Shown here in pieces: positions 49,154 to 58,952 of a DNA stretch of 64,000 nucleotides. Each line of letters begins with the position of its first letter. The stretch's first letter is position 1. This DNA comes from an uncultured Chloroflexia bacterium (GTDB lineage Bacteria; Chloroflexota; Limnocylindria; Limnocylindrales; CSP1-4): assembly GCA_963813335.1 (NCBI GenBank), contig CAWEYL010000003.1:544001-608000 (forward strand), in the 5' to 3' direction. Position numbers and translations under genes: made by a program. The notes beneath the pieces were generated by a model. It made no database searches and was not told the DNA's origin. It was given only the letters and a program-made list of their open reading frames with translations.

Positions 49154-51427
49154 GTGAGTCCCTTCGATCGCCTCGGCCGGTTCATCGCGCGTCGCGCCTG
49201 GTTGGTGGTGGGCATCTGGGCCGTCGTCCTGCTCGCCGCCATCCCGCTGGCGCCGCGGGTCCCGGGCGTCCTGTCGGCCGGCGGCTTCATCCTCGACGAC
49301 CTCGAATCCGCCCGCGCCAAGGCCCTCCTCGGACGCGAGCTTGGCGTCCCGCCGGCGGCGCTCGTCATCGTCTTCAGCAGCCCGACGCTCGAGGCCGGAA
49401 CGCCCGCCTTCGAAGGTGCGGCGGCCGCGGCCGTCGCCGACATCGCCAGTGCGCCGCACGTCGCCCGGGTCGTCCCGCACCTCCTGTCGCCCCGCCAGAT
49501 CTCGGCCGACCGGCACACGGCCTACGACGTCGTCTTCCTCGACCTGCCGCCGGACGATTCGCCCCAGGCGCTGCCGATCCTGCGCGAGCGCCTCCACGAG
49601 GCGCCCGGCCTGACGGTCGAGCTGGCCGGCGGCCCGGCCTTCTACGGCGACGTCCAGACCGTGTCCGAGGCGGACCTCCGGCGGAGCGAGGTCTTCTCCC
49701 TGCCGCTGGCCGCGCTGGCGCTGCTGGTGGTCTTCGGATCCGTGGTCGCCGCGGGGATCCCGCTCATCGTGGGCGGCACGGCCGTCGTGGTCGCGCTGGC
49801 GGCCATCTTCCTGGTCGCCTCGGCCACCCCGATGAGCATCTTCGTGCTCAACCTCGCGACGCTCCTCGGCCTCGGGCTCGGAGTGGACTACTCGCTGCTG
49901 CTCACGAGCCGGTTCCGCGAGGAGCTGGCCCGCCGCCCACCCGGCCCCGAGCGCGTGCCCGATGCCGTCCGGGTGACGGTCGCCACGGCCGGCCGGGCGG
50001 TGTTCTTCAGCGGGTTGACCGTGCTGCTGGGCCTCCTCGGGCTGGTCCTGTTCGAGTTCATGATCCTGCGCTCCGTCGGCATCGCCGGCGCGATCGTGGT
50101 GGGGCTGGCGGTCCTGTCGGCGCTGACCCTGCTCCCGGCCATCCTCGCGATCGTGGGCGAGCGGATCGACCGCTTCGCCATCCGGGCGGTGCGGCCGGCG
50201 GACCGGGTCGACGGCCCGTGGGCGCAGCTCGCCCGGCGGGTGATGCGCCATCCGGTCGCGGTGCTCGTGCCGACCCTGCTCTTCCTGCTCGTGCTGGGCT
50301 CGCCGTTCCTGCATGTCCGCTTCAACGCGCCGAATTCCTCGATCCTGCCGGCCAGCGTCCCGTCGCGCGCGGCCTTCGACCGCCTCGCCGCGGAGTTCGG
50401 CGAAGGCGAGTTCGCGCCGATCGTGCTGGCGATCCGGACGACCGGCGCTGCCACCGACCCGGCCAATCTCGCGGCGCTCTACGACTACTCGCGCCGCCTC
50501 GCGGCGGACGCGCGGATCACGCGCGTGGACAGCCTCGTGGACGCGGACCCGCGCCTCACGCTCGACCAGTACCGGCTCCTCTACGCGGACCCCAACGGTC
50601 CGCGTGACCGCTATCTCGCGACGGCCCTGGCGGCGACGACCAAGGGTGACCTGACGGCCTTCACGATCACGACGCCGTACGGGCCGAACCGCGACGAGGG
50701 CCGCGACCTCGTGGCCGACCTCCGCTCGGGGACGGGGCCGCTCGCGGCGCCGGCCGGTACGACCGTCCTGGTCGGCGGCGGGGCGGCGGACGTGACCGAC
50801 GTCGTCGGCCGGGTCGCCGCCGACTTCCCGCGCACCGCCTTGTTCATCATCGTGACCACATACCTCGTGCTGTTCGCCCTGCTCCGCTCGGTCGTGCTCC
50901 CGGCCAAGGCGCTGGTCATGAACACGCTCTCGATCGTCGCGAGCTTCGGCGCCCTGGTCTGGATCTTCCAGGACGGGAACCTGTCCGCCGGGCTGGGCTT
51001 CCAGCCGCTCGGGTTCGTGGAGACGACCCAGCCGGTCATCCTCTTCTGCGTCCTGTTCGGGCTGTCGATGGACTACGAGGTCTTCCTGCTCTCGCGGATG
51101 AAGGAGGTCTGGGACCGCACCGGCGACAACACCGAGGCGGTCGCCCGCGGCCTCGAGCGGAGCGGGCGGATCGTGACGTCGGCCGCGCTGATCGTGGTCC
51201 TGGTCGCGGGCTCGTTCGCCCTCGCCGACATCGTGCTCATCAAGGCGCTCGGGGTGGGGATGGCCATCGCGGTCGCCCTCGACGCCACGGTCGTCCGGGC
51301 GCTCCTGGTGCCGGCCACGATGCGCCTCCTCGGCCGCTGGAACTGGTGGATGCCGGCGACGCTCGAGCGCTACGTGGCGAACCGGCTGCCGGCTCCGGAG
51401 TCGGACGTCGAGGCGGCGCTCCGATGA
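49154..51427 (+). CDS. MMPL family (RND superfamily) transporter
   Basis: LGLGLGVDYSLLLTSRFREEL, TAGRAVFFSG, FGLSMDYEVFLLSR, LDATVVRALLVPA. Confidence 0.93.
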   Translation: MSPFDRLGRFIARRAWLVVGIWAVVLLAAIPLAPRVPGVLSAGGFILDDLESARAKALLGRELGVPPAALVIVFSSPTLEAGTPAFEGAAAAAVADIASAPHVARVVPHLLSPRQISADRHTAYDVVFLDLPPDDSPQALPILRERLHEAPGLTVELAGGPAFYGDVQTVSEADLRRSEVFSLPLAALALLVVFGSVVAAGIPLIVGGTAVVVALAAIFLVASATPMSIFVLNLATLLGLGLGVDYSLLLTSRFREELARRPPGPERVPDAVRVTVATAGRAVFFSGLTVLLGLLGLVLFEFMILRSVGIAGAIVVGLAVLSALTLLPAILAIVGERIDRFAIRAVRPADRVDGPWAQLARRVMRHPVAVLVPTLLFLLVLGSPFLHVRFNAPNSSILPASVPSRAAFDRLAAEFGEGEFAPIVLAIRTTGAATDPANLAALYDYSRRLAADARITRVDSLVDADPRLTLDQYRLLYADPNGPRDRYLATALAATTKGDLTAFTITTPYGPNRDEGRDLVADLRSGTGPLAAPAGTTVLVGGGAADVTDVVGRVAADFPRTALFIIVTTYLVLFALLRSVVLPAKALVMNTLSIVASFGALVWIFQDGNLSAGLGFQPLGFVETTQPVILFCVLFGLSMDYEVFLLSRMKEVWDRTGDNTEAVARGLERSGRIVTSAALIVVLVAGSFALADIVLIKALGVGMAIAVALDATVVRALLVPATMRLLGRWNWWMPATLERYVANRLPAPESDVEAALR

Positions 51428-52651
51428 GCGGCCCGATCCGCTGCCGCCCCGGCGGCGCACGCCGCGCCGGCATCGCACGCCGCGCTGTGGCGCTCGCGGT
51501 CGTCGCGGCCGCCCTCGCCGGCTGCACCGCCGGGGCGCCGATCCTGGCCAACCCGACCGCGCCGGGGCCGCGTGTCCCGTCGCCCGCCCCGACCCGCGCA
51601 GCCGTCGCCGACCCGCTCCCCGTGGTCCTGCCGCGGGACGACGGCCCGCACGACCGCCTGACCGAGTGGTGGTACGACACGGGCCACCTGCGCACGGCGG
51701 ACGGGCGGCGGTTCGGGTTCGAGTACGTCATCTTCCGCGCCGAGCGCGGCGCCTTCCCCACCTCGTGGGCATCGCACCTCGCGATCACCGACGAGACCGG
51801 CGACCGCTTCGTCTACGCCCAGCGGCTCGAGGTGGGGCCGCAGGTCGGACCGCTCACCGCGGGGCAGCGACGGCCAGCCGACCGGCTTCGACCTCTCGCT
51901 GAGCGGCATCGACCCGTCGAACCCCGCGACCGCCGGCCGGCCGGCCTGGACGATGAGCGGGGCCGACGGGGCCGACCGCCTCGTCGCCTCCCTCGCGCCG
52001 GACGAAGCGGCCGCGGCCGGGTCACCGGGTGGGTTCGGCCTCGACCTGACGCTGGCCTCGACCAAGCCGCCCGCGCTGCACGACCACGACGGCTGGATCG
52101 ACTTCGGGGCCGCCGGCAGCTCGTACTACTACTCGCGGACCGCCATGACGGCCACGGGCAGCGTGACCCTCGACGGGGAGCGCCTGGCGGTCGACGGCGA
52201 GGCCTGGTTCGACCACCAGTGGGGCGACTTCATCTCGATCGGGGGCGGCGGCTGGGACTGGTTCGCGGTCAACCTCGACGACGGGACGGACCTGACCCTG
52301 TCGCTGGTCCGCGACGCCGCCGGCGGCTATCCGCTGGTCTATGGCACGCTCGTCGGCCGCGACGGCACGGCCCGCCACCTCGAGCGCGACGCGTTCACGG
52401 TCGACGTCACCGACCGCTGGCAGAGCCCGGCGACCGGCGCCGACTACCCCGCCGGCTGGCGGGTCTCGATCCCCGGCGAGGGGCTGTCCATCGAGCTGAC
52501 GCCGACGGTCGCCGCGCAGGAGCTGGACACGCGGGCGACGACCGGGGTCATCTATTGGGAGGGGTCGCAGGTCGTCCGGGCGACGCGCGATGGGGCGCCG
52601 CTCGGCGGCGAGGCGTATGTGGAGCTGACGGGCTACGCCGGGTCGCGCTGA
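51424..52651 (+). CDS. AttH/CrtC-like lipocalin-fold lipoprotein, frameshift ~51848
   Basis: Lipobox LAGC, PRDDGPH..LTEWWY..GHL, SYYYSR, WFDHQWG, GWDWF, YWEG, YVELTGY. Confidence 0.85.
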
Positions 52652-52666
52652 CCGCGCTGACCGCGC

Positions 52667-53464
52667 TCAGGAACCCCCGAAGGTCCCCAGGTCGACCGGC
52701 GGCAACTCCACCTCGGCGACCGAAGCGAGCGTCCGCGAGGCCGCATCGAGCGGGCCGAGCTGCTGCAGGACCTTGAGCATCGACTTCGCGTTCGCGCGGT
52801 AGGCCTTCGTGTCGGAGATCGAATCGCCGAGGCTCGAGTGCGCCGATGTCGAGATCGCGCCGTAGAACGCGGCGCGGTCGCCGGAGAGGGTCTGCGCCTC
52901 AGGCCACGCCGCGAGGCGCGGCGCGATGTCGGCCCCGATGGCGGCGTCGGCCGAGAGGGTCCGCAGGACCTTGGCGATGTCGTTGGCGGACCCACCGCTC
53001 GCGAGCCGCGCCAGCGACGAGGCGTCGTCGGCGATCCGGGCGTCGAGGAGCGCGGTCTGTCGGAGCGCGGTGAGGGCGGCCGGCGACACCGGGATGGCGG
53101 ACGGCACTGGGATCGTGCTGGGGCCGGCCGCCGCGGTCGCCACGGGGACGGTCCCGCCGTCGGCGGGGTCGAAGACGGCGGTCGCGGCCGGATCGACGAG
53201 GGACTTGATCGCGACGGAGGTGATCATCCCGCCGACGAAGAGCCCGACGATGGCGCCGAATCCGATGAGGGTCATCGCGCGCCGGACGGCGACGCCCATG
53301 ATCAGCCTGGTGCCGCAGCCGGGGCACTTGGGCGTGCCGTCGTTGAGGGGCCGCGAGCACGTCGGGCAGTTGAAGACGTGCGCATCGGCCTCGCCGATCG
53401 CGATCTTGGGCGGTCCGTCCGGTCGCTGGCCGGACAGGCGGCCACGCAGGATGTTGAAGGTCAT
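52667..53464 (-). CDS. zinc-ribbon plus TM hypothetical protein
   Basis: CPTC...CPGC, one TM helix, Pro/Ala linker, helical domain. Confidence 0.7.
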   Translation of the reverse strand: MTFNILRGRLSGQRPDGPPKIAIGEADAHVFNCPTCSRPLNDGTPKCPGCGTRLIMGVAVRRAMTLIGFGAIVGLFVGGMITSVAIKSLVDPAATAVFDPADGGTVPVATAAAGPSTIPVPSAIPVSPAALTALRQTALLDARIADDASSLARLASGGSANDIAKVLRTLSADAAIGADIAPRLAAWPEAQTLSGDRAAFYGAISTSAHSSLGDSISDTKAYRANAKSMLKVLQQLGPLDAASRTLASVAEVELPPVDLGTFGGS

Positions 53465-53578
53465 CACGCTGAGTGTCGTCGCCCGGAGCCCCGATTCATC
53501 CGACCCGATGGTCCCGACACGAGGCGGGACGTTCGGTGGCGGGCGGTGTGGTCGTGTGGCATCGATCGACACGCTAGC

Positions 53579-53619
53579 TGAGACTGAGTATCGACAACGG
53601 TGCTCCTCCCTGCTACCGT
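53579..53619 (+). promoter_or_regulatory. Fur-family 7-1-7 box overlapping the promoter of the Fur-family gene
   Basis: TGAGACT-G-AGTATCG (53579-53593); TCGACA (53591), 17 bp, TACCGT (53614). Confidence 0.6.
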
Positions 53620-53627
53620 TCGCCGCC

Positions 53628-54062
53628 ATGGACGCCGTCGACCCCCTCACCGCCGCGCTGCATCGGGCGGGCCATCGCCTGACCGAGCCCCGCGTCGCGG
53701 TGATCCGCCTGATCAATGCGCAGACGGGCCATTTCTCCGCCGCCGACCTCGTCCACGACGCGCGGGTCCGCCACCTCGGGATCGGCCGCGCCACGATCTT
53801 CCGGACGCTCGACGTCCTGTCCGAGCTGGGCGCCGTGGAGCGGATCGACCTGCCGAGCGGCGAGCACGCCTACGTGGGCTGCGCGCCGACCCATCACCAC
53901 CACGTCGTCTGCTCGCGCTGCGGCCGTACGGCCGAGATCGAGGACGCCGGGCTGCGGGCCGTGGTCCGCGAGGTCACCCGGCGGACCGGGTTCCGGGTCG
54001 ACGAGCACCGCCTCGAGCTGTTCGGGCTGTGCTCGGCCTGCCAGGCGGCGGCCGCCCGATGA
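53628..54062 (+). CDS. Fur family transcriptional regulator (Zur-like)
   Basis: RLTEPR, HFSAADL, ATIFRTL, HHHHVVCSRC, LFGLCSAC. Confidence 0.92.
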   Translation: MDAVDPLTAALHRAGHRLTEPRVAVIRLINAQTGHFSAADLVHDARVRHLGIGRATIFRTLDVLSELGAVERIDLPSGEHAYVGCAPTHHHHVVCSRCGRTAEIEDAGLRAVVREVTRRTGFRVDEHRLELFGLCSACQAAAAR

Positions 54063-54814
54063 CGCTCGCGGCCCTCGTCGTCTCGTTCGGCGCCTTCGTC
54101 TCAGCCTTCGCCGGCGGCTGGCTCGCGATCCGGGCGGTCCGCTACGTCGGGATCGTCATCGCGGTCGGGGCCGGCATCCGGATCGGCGCGGCCTTCTTCG
54201 ACCTGATCCCGGAGGCCATCCGCTACCTCGGCTCCGTCGATGCGGCGATGCTCTGGACGGCGATCGGCTTCCTGGCGTTCTACGCGATCGAGAAGCTCAC
54301 CACGCTCCACGTCGGCCATGAGACGGCCGCCGAGCTCGACCATGACGCGGCCATGCACACGCACGTCGGCAAGGCCGGCGCGGTCGGGATGGGGATCCAC
54401 AGCTTCCTCGACGGCGTCGCCCTGGCGGCCGGTCTGGCGGTCGGCGGCGGGACCGCGATCGTGATCGCGGTCGTCGTCATCGTCCATCGATTCAGCGACG
54501 GGATCGGCGTGGTGAGCTTCCTGCTGGCGAGCCGGATGCCGTCGTCGACGGCCTATCGCTGGCTGACGATCGTCGCGATCGCCCCGCTGGCCGGCGTCCT
54601 CGTCGGGGTGGTCGTCAGCATCGAGCAGACGGCGCTCGGGGCCGTCCTCGCGTTCTTCGCCGGCTTCTTCCTGTACGTCGGCGCGGCGGAGCTGCTGCCG
54701 GAGGCGCACCGGCGCGCCCGGTCGCGCTGGATCGTGCTGGCCACCGTCGGCGGCGCGGCGGCCATCTACCTGTTCTCCGTGGCGGTCGGGGCCATCGGCG
54801 TCGACGCCCCCTAG
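54059..54814 (+). CDS. ZIP family metal transporter
   Basis: DLIPEA, His-rich loop, IHSFLDG, VHRFSDG, ELLPEAH. Confidence 0.9.
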   Translation: MTLAALVVSFGAFVSAFAGGWLAIRAVRYVGIVIAVGAGIRIGAAFFDLIPEAIRYLGSVDAAMLWTAIGFLAFYAIEKLTTLHVGHETAAELDHDAAMHTHVGKAGAVGMGIHSFLDGVALAAGLAVGGGTAIVIAVVVIVHRFSDGIGVVSFLLASRMPSSTAYRWLTIVAIAPLAGVLVGVVVSIEQTALGAVLAFFAGFFLYVGAAELLPEAHRRARSRWIVLATVGGAAAIYLFSVAVGAIGVDAP

Positions 54815-54922
54815 GTACGAGGGTCCCACGACCCGCGGGTGACCATCGGCGGCATCGCCGGACGAAACCTTTGCGGCCGGCGTTGCCTCGGGTGAGTAGA
54901 CACCATCCGCCCGGAGCATCCG

Positions 54923-55624
54923 ATGGCCACTGCGAACCCAGCACGGAGCGGCCCGCCGTTCCGCCTCACCTTGCGCGGGACGGCGATCCTCGTCGGCCTG
55001 CTCGGCGTCCTGCTCGTCTATGCGACCGACCAGATCCTGCCCGCCTCGACCGATCGGCAGGCCGAGCTGCGGTTCTGGCTCGCGGCGCGGGCGACCGGCA
55101 TCGTCGCGTTCCTGCTGCTGACCATGCAGATCGTCCTGGGCCTGGTCCTCAGCCACCCGACGAACCGCTCCACCTGGAACCTCTCGAAGCGGATCTTCCC
55201 GTGGCACGACCACCTCTGGGTGTTCGTGCTCGCGTTCCTCATCGCGCACATCGTCAGCCTCGTCGTGGACCCGAAGGCCGGCGTCAGCCTCGCCGGCGCG
55301 TTCATCCCGGGCCTCTCCGAGTACCGCAGCTCGCCCGTCGCCATCGGCACGCTTGCCCTGTACGCGTTCCTGATCACCGCGATCACCGCACGCTGGACCA
55401 AGCTCCTGCCGCGCGGCGTCTGGCTGTCGATCCACCGCCTGGCGCTCGTGATCTGGGTGATGGCCTGGATGCACGGGGTGCTCGCAGGCACGGACACCGG
55501 CTCCCTGGCCGGCCCCTACGTCGCGGCGGGCCTGCTCGTCGTGTGGGCCGGGGCCTACCGCTACTGGGCGAGCCGCAAGCAGCGGCCGACGTTCTCGACG
55601 TCGCGCCAGGAGGTCAACGAATGA
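54923..55624 (+). CDS. ferric reductase-like / MsrQ-like transmembrane cytochrome b
   Basis: About 6 TM, ARATG, His pairs PWH...IAH and SIHRL...WMHG, GTD. Confidence 0.8.
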   Translation: MATANPARSGPPFRLTLRGTAILVGLLGVLLVYATDQILPASTDRQAELRFWLAARATGIVAFLLLTMQIVLGLVLSHPTNRSTWNLSKRIFPWHDHLWVFVLAFLIAHIVSLVVDPKAGVSLAGAFIPGLSEYRSSPVAIGTLALYAFLITAITARWTKLLPRGVWLSIHRLALVIWVMAWMHGVLAGTDTGSLAGPYVAAGLLVVWAGAYRYWASRKQRPTFSTSRQEVNE

Positions 55625-56091
55625 ACATCTCGTCGCTCCGGTTACGTCGCCTGCTCACGGCCGTCGGGGTCGTCGCGGCGCTGGTCCTCGGGTTCGGCTC
55701 GATCAGGGTCGCCGCCGCCTGGACCGCCGCGTCAGCGCCCATCGGCGTCGCGCCCATCCCGGTCAGCTCGATCCAGGACCGGCTCGACCAGGAGCTGGCC
55801 CGCTCGGAGACGATGCGGGCGCAGCTCGATTCGCTCGCGGCGCAGTCCACCGAGATGACGACGGCGCTCGAGGCGGCCCAGGCCCGGATCGCGGCCGACA
55901 CCGGGCACGCCAAGGCCCTCGCCGACGAGCTCAAGACCGCCAAGCAGAAGCTCGCCAAGCTCGCGGCATCGATCGCGAAGGCCAAGGCAGCGGCAGCCCG
56001 GGCGACCGTGACGACGAAGGCGGCGGCGCCCGCCGCGACGCCGACCCCGACACACCATGGCGACGACGACGAGGGTGAGACCGGTGGCTGA
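55621..56091 (+). CDS. membrane-anchored or secreted coiled-coil protein with His/acidic tail
   Basis: GGAGG RBS, ATGA overlap; hydrophobic N-terminus, heptad-rich helix, ends PTHHGDDDEGETGG. Confidence 0.75.
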   Translation: MNISSLRLRRLLTAVGVVAALVLGFGSIRVAAAWTAASAPIGVAPIPVSSIQDRLDQELARSETMRAQLDSLAAQSTEMTTALEAAQARIAADTGHAKALADELKTAKQKLAKLAASIAKAKAAAARATVTTKAAAPAATPTPTHHGDDDEGETGG

Positions 56092-56497
56092 GCGCCGGCC
56101 GGTCCACCTTGCGGTCCTCATCGGCGCGTCCGCGGGCGCCTACGCCATCTCCCTCGCCGGCGTGACCGCGCTCCAGTCGGCCACGGACGCCCGCGTGGCG
56201 GCCGAGCGCGGACCAGCCAGCCACGCCGTCGATGTCGTGGCGGCCGGGCACGACGACCTGCAGGCCTCGGTGGACGGGGCGAGCGGGGCGTTCACCGTGG
56301 CAGCCGACCGGTACGCCGCCCTGACGAGCCACCTGGCCGACATGGAGGCCTCGCTCGACCACCTCGGGCAGCGGGTCGCCAAGGTCTCTGGGGCGGCCGG
56401 CGCGCTGCCGACGCGGGTCAGCCTGCCGAGCATCCATGCCTCGGCACCGGTCACCAGGACGAAGGTCGTCCATGCGACCACGGGGGCCTCGGGCTGA
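56084..56497 (+). CDS. membrane-anchored coiled-coil protein ending in a flavinylation motif
   Basis: GTG start overlapping the previous gene; N-terminal hydrophobic helix; ends VVHATTGASG. Confidence 0.7.
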   Translation: MAERRPVHLAVLIGASAGAYAISLAGVTALQSATDARVAAERGPASHAVDVVAAGHDDLQASVDGASGAFTVAADRYAALTSHLADMEASLDHLGQRVAKVSGAAGALPTRVSLPSIHASAPVTRTKVVHATTGASG

Positions 56498-57519
56498 GCA
56501 CGGGAGCAGCCGCCGCATCGCCAGCTGCCGTCCGCGAGGCGCCTGAGAGCGTCCACCGCTTCGAGGGGAAGGCCATGGCGTCGCCCCTGCGCCTGAGTGT
56601 GTGTGGGCACGGTGACGCCGATCGGGCGCGCGACTGGGAGGTCGACGCCGCCTGGGCCGCGGTCAGGACGGAGTTCGAGACCGCCGAGGCCGAGCTGTCG
56701 CGCTTCCGGTCGACGAGCGACCTCACCCGCCTGAACCTCGCCGCCGGATCTGGACGGCCGGTCGACGTCCCGCGGCGGCTCGAGCGCGCCATCGTCGCGG
56801 CGGACCGGGCTCACCGCGTCACGGGCGGCCGCTTCGATCCGCGCGTGCTCCGCGACCTCGACCGCCTCGGCTACGCGGGCGCCCCGCTCGGGACGCACTC
56901 GGCCACGCCGGACGCGGACCGGGCCGCCGGCACCCGCGTCGTGGATCAGGCGCGGCGCGGCCGCGTGGTCACGTCCGCGCCGATCGATCTCGGCGGGATC
57001 GGCAAGGGCCTCACGCTCCGCTGGGCCGCGGCGCTCCTCGACCGACGAGGCATCGGGCGATACCTGCTGGAAGCCGGCGGCGACCTGGTCGCCCGCGGAC
57101 CCGGACCCGACGGCGGCCCGTGGCTCGTCGGCATCGAGGATCCAGCCGGCGGTCCGGACCCGCTGGGCGCCATCGTCGTGGAGGACGGGGCGGTGGCGAC
57201 ATCGTCGGTCCGGATCCGGTCATGGGTCCATGACGGCCGGACCGTCCATCACCTGCTCGACCCGCGGACCGGCGAGCCCGTGGAGGCCGGGCTGCGATCG
57301 GTGACCGTGGCCGGTCCGGACCCGGCCTGGGCCGAGGTGTGGTCGAAGACCCTGTTCGTGGGCGGTCGACGGGCGATCGCCGCCGAGGCCCGTTCGCGTG
57401 GCCTCGCCGCCTGGTGGGTGACCGACGAGGGCGCGCTCGAGATGACGGCGGCCGCGCGCGCCCGAACGGCCTGGATCGAGGGCGAGGACGAGTCGAGGCG
57501 GCCGACTGTCAGCCGATGA
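56494..57519 (+). CDS. apbE: FAD:protein FMN transferase
   Basis: RFEGKAMAS, LSRFRSTSDL, TGGRFDP, DLGGIGKG, EAGGD, VGIEDP, VATSS, HHLLDPRTG; start is CTG 56494 or ATG 56575. Confidence 0.92.
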   Translation: MSTGAAAASPAAVREAPESVHRFEGKAMASPLRLSVCGHGDADRARDWEVDAAWAAVRTEFETAEAELSRFRSTSDLTRLNLAAGSGRPVDVPRRLERAIVAADRAHRVTGGRFDPRVLRDLDRLGYAGAPLGTHSATPDADRAAGTRVVDQARRGRVVTSAPIDLGGIGKGLTLRWAAALLDRRGIGRYLLEAGGDLVARGPGPDGGPWLVGIEDPAGGPDPLGAIVVEDGAVATSSVRIRSWVHDGRTVHHLLDPRTGEPVEAGLRSVTVAGPDPAWAEVWSKTLFVGGRRAIAAEARSRGLAAWWVTDEGALEMTAAARARTAWIEGEDESRRPTVSR

Positions 57520-58023
57520 CCGAGGTGGGCGAGACCGGGCGCACCGCGAGCTTGGTCGACTGGTGGGGTCCGGTCACGATGACTTCCTCGGCCAGCTCTT
57601 CGCCATCGCCGTATCGAACGACGAAGCGATGGTGAACCTCGGTCATCCCACTCGATAGCGTCGAACCGACCGAGCAGTACTTCGTCGCCGACAGTTCGAT
57701 GGCCCGGCGGACCGCGTCGCTGTCGACCGACGCACCGTCAACGACGTGGAGCACATCGATCCGGGTGAAGGCGTTCGGGTGGTCGTCCTGTTGCGTGCCG
57801 CTGGCCAGCACCCGATAGCCGGTCACGGCCTGGCGCTTCTTGCGCAGGATGGAGATGACATCCATCGCGGTGCAGCCCGCGATCGCCATCGGGATCAGCT
57901 CGGCCGGGCGCATGCCCGTGTCGCCCCGACCGTCGTCGAGCACGAGAGCATGCCGGCTCCCGGATTCGGCGACGAATGGAGACCCTCGCCGTCGAGGGTG
58001 ATGGTTGCGGTCTTGGTCGTCAC
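57509..58023 (-). CDS. OsmC/YhfA family protein, frameshift ~57978
   Basis: GMRPAEL...AGCTAMDVISILRKKRQ, AIELSATKYCSV; GGAG RBS and GTG start. Confidence 0.85.
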
Positions 58024-58952
58024 GGTCGTCTCCAGCGCTGCAAGGTCGGCGGGCCAGAGTCATGGACACTGACGCGGACCCGACCACCGGCTGGGCGTGC
58101 CTCGATCGCGACTGCTCCTCCCCGGGGACTGTGGCGGATCGCGTTGTCGACGAGTGCGCCGAGGACCTGTCGCAGGCGGTCGACATCACCGATGACGACG
58201 AGATCCGGCGATGCATCAGCGTCGAGCGTGATCCCGGATGCCTGGGCGCGTGCGGAGAACGACTGGGCGATCGTGTCGATCAGCCCGCGTACCGCGACGG
58301 GCCCTTTGCGGAGCGGCAGGTCGCCAGACTCGGCGAGGCCGATCGTTCGAAGGTCGTCGACGATCCGTGCGAGCAGGCGTGACTGGTCGCGAATGGTCTC
58401 GAGGTGTCGATCCTCATGCTCGTAGACGCCATCGATGACCGCAGTGGTCGTCGCGTCGATGACGGTGAGCGGTGTCTTCAGTTCGTGGACGACGTCCTGG
58501 AGGAACCGCTGGCGCGCGGCCTGGGCCTGCTGGAGTTCGCCGGCCATCGCGTCGAACGATCGACCGAGCGACCCGATCTCGTCGCCTCGGCTGCCGAGCC
58601 CCGAACGGCGGCCGAGGTCGCCGTGGGCGACGGCTTCGGCGGCTCCGCCGAGGGTGCCCAGTGGCCCCGCGATCCGTTGTGCGAGCAGCACGCCGATCAG
58701 TGATGCGCCTGCCGCGGCTGCGATCGCGACCGTGATCAAGGTGACGGTGGTCTCTTGCTGGATCTGCTGCGCGTGCATCCCTGCCATCGCGCCGGGACCT
58801 CGCCCGGGTCCCGGGCCAGGCGCTCCAGAAGCGTCCGACTCGATCTGGGCGAACCCTCGACCGACGATCGTCGGGGTCGCGAGCGCCACCGCGGCCGCGG
58901 TGATCAGCGCGACGAAGGCGAACGTCAGCGCGAGACGCAGTCGCAGGCTCAC
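58020..58952 (-). pseudogene. HAMP sensor histidine kinase (BaeS-like) truncated within the ATPase domain
   Basis: 2 TM, HAMP (DEIGSLGRSFDAMA), HELKTPL, DNAIRH; ends right after DSGP with no F or G2 box. Confidence 0.7.

Noticed and set aside
54860-54900. Possible ECF sigma promoter (GAAACC...CGTT) before the cytochrome b gene
   Set aside because: Spacing does not fit known ECF consensus well enough to call
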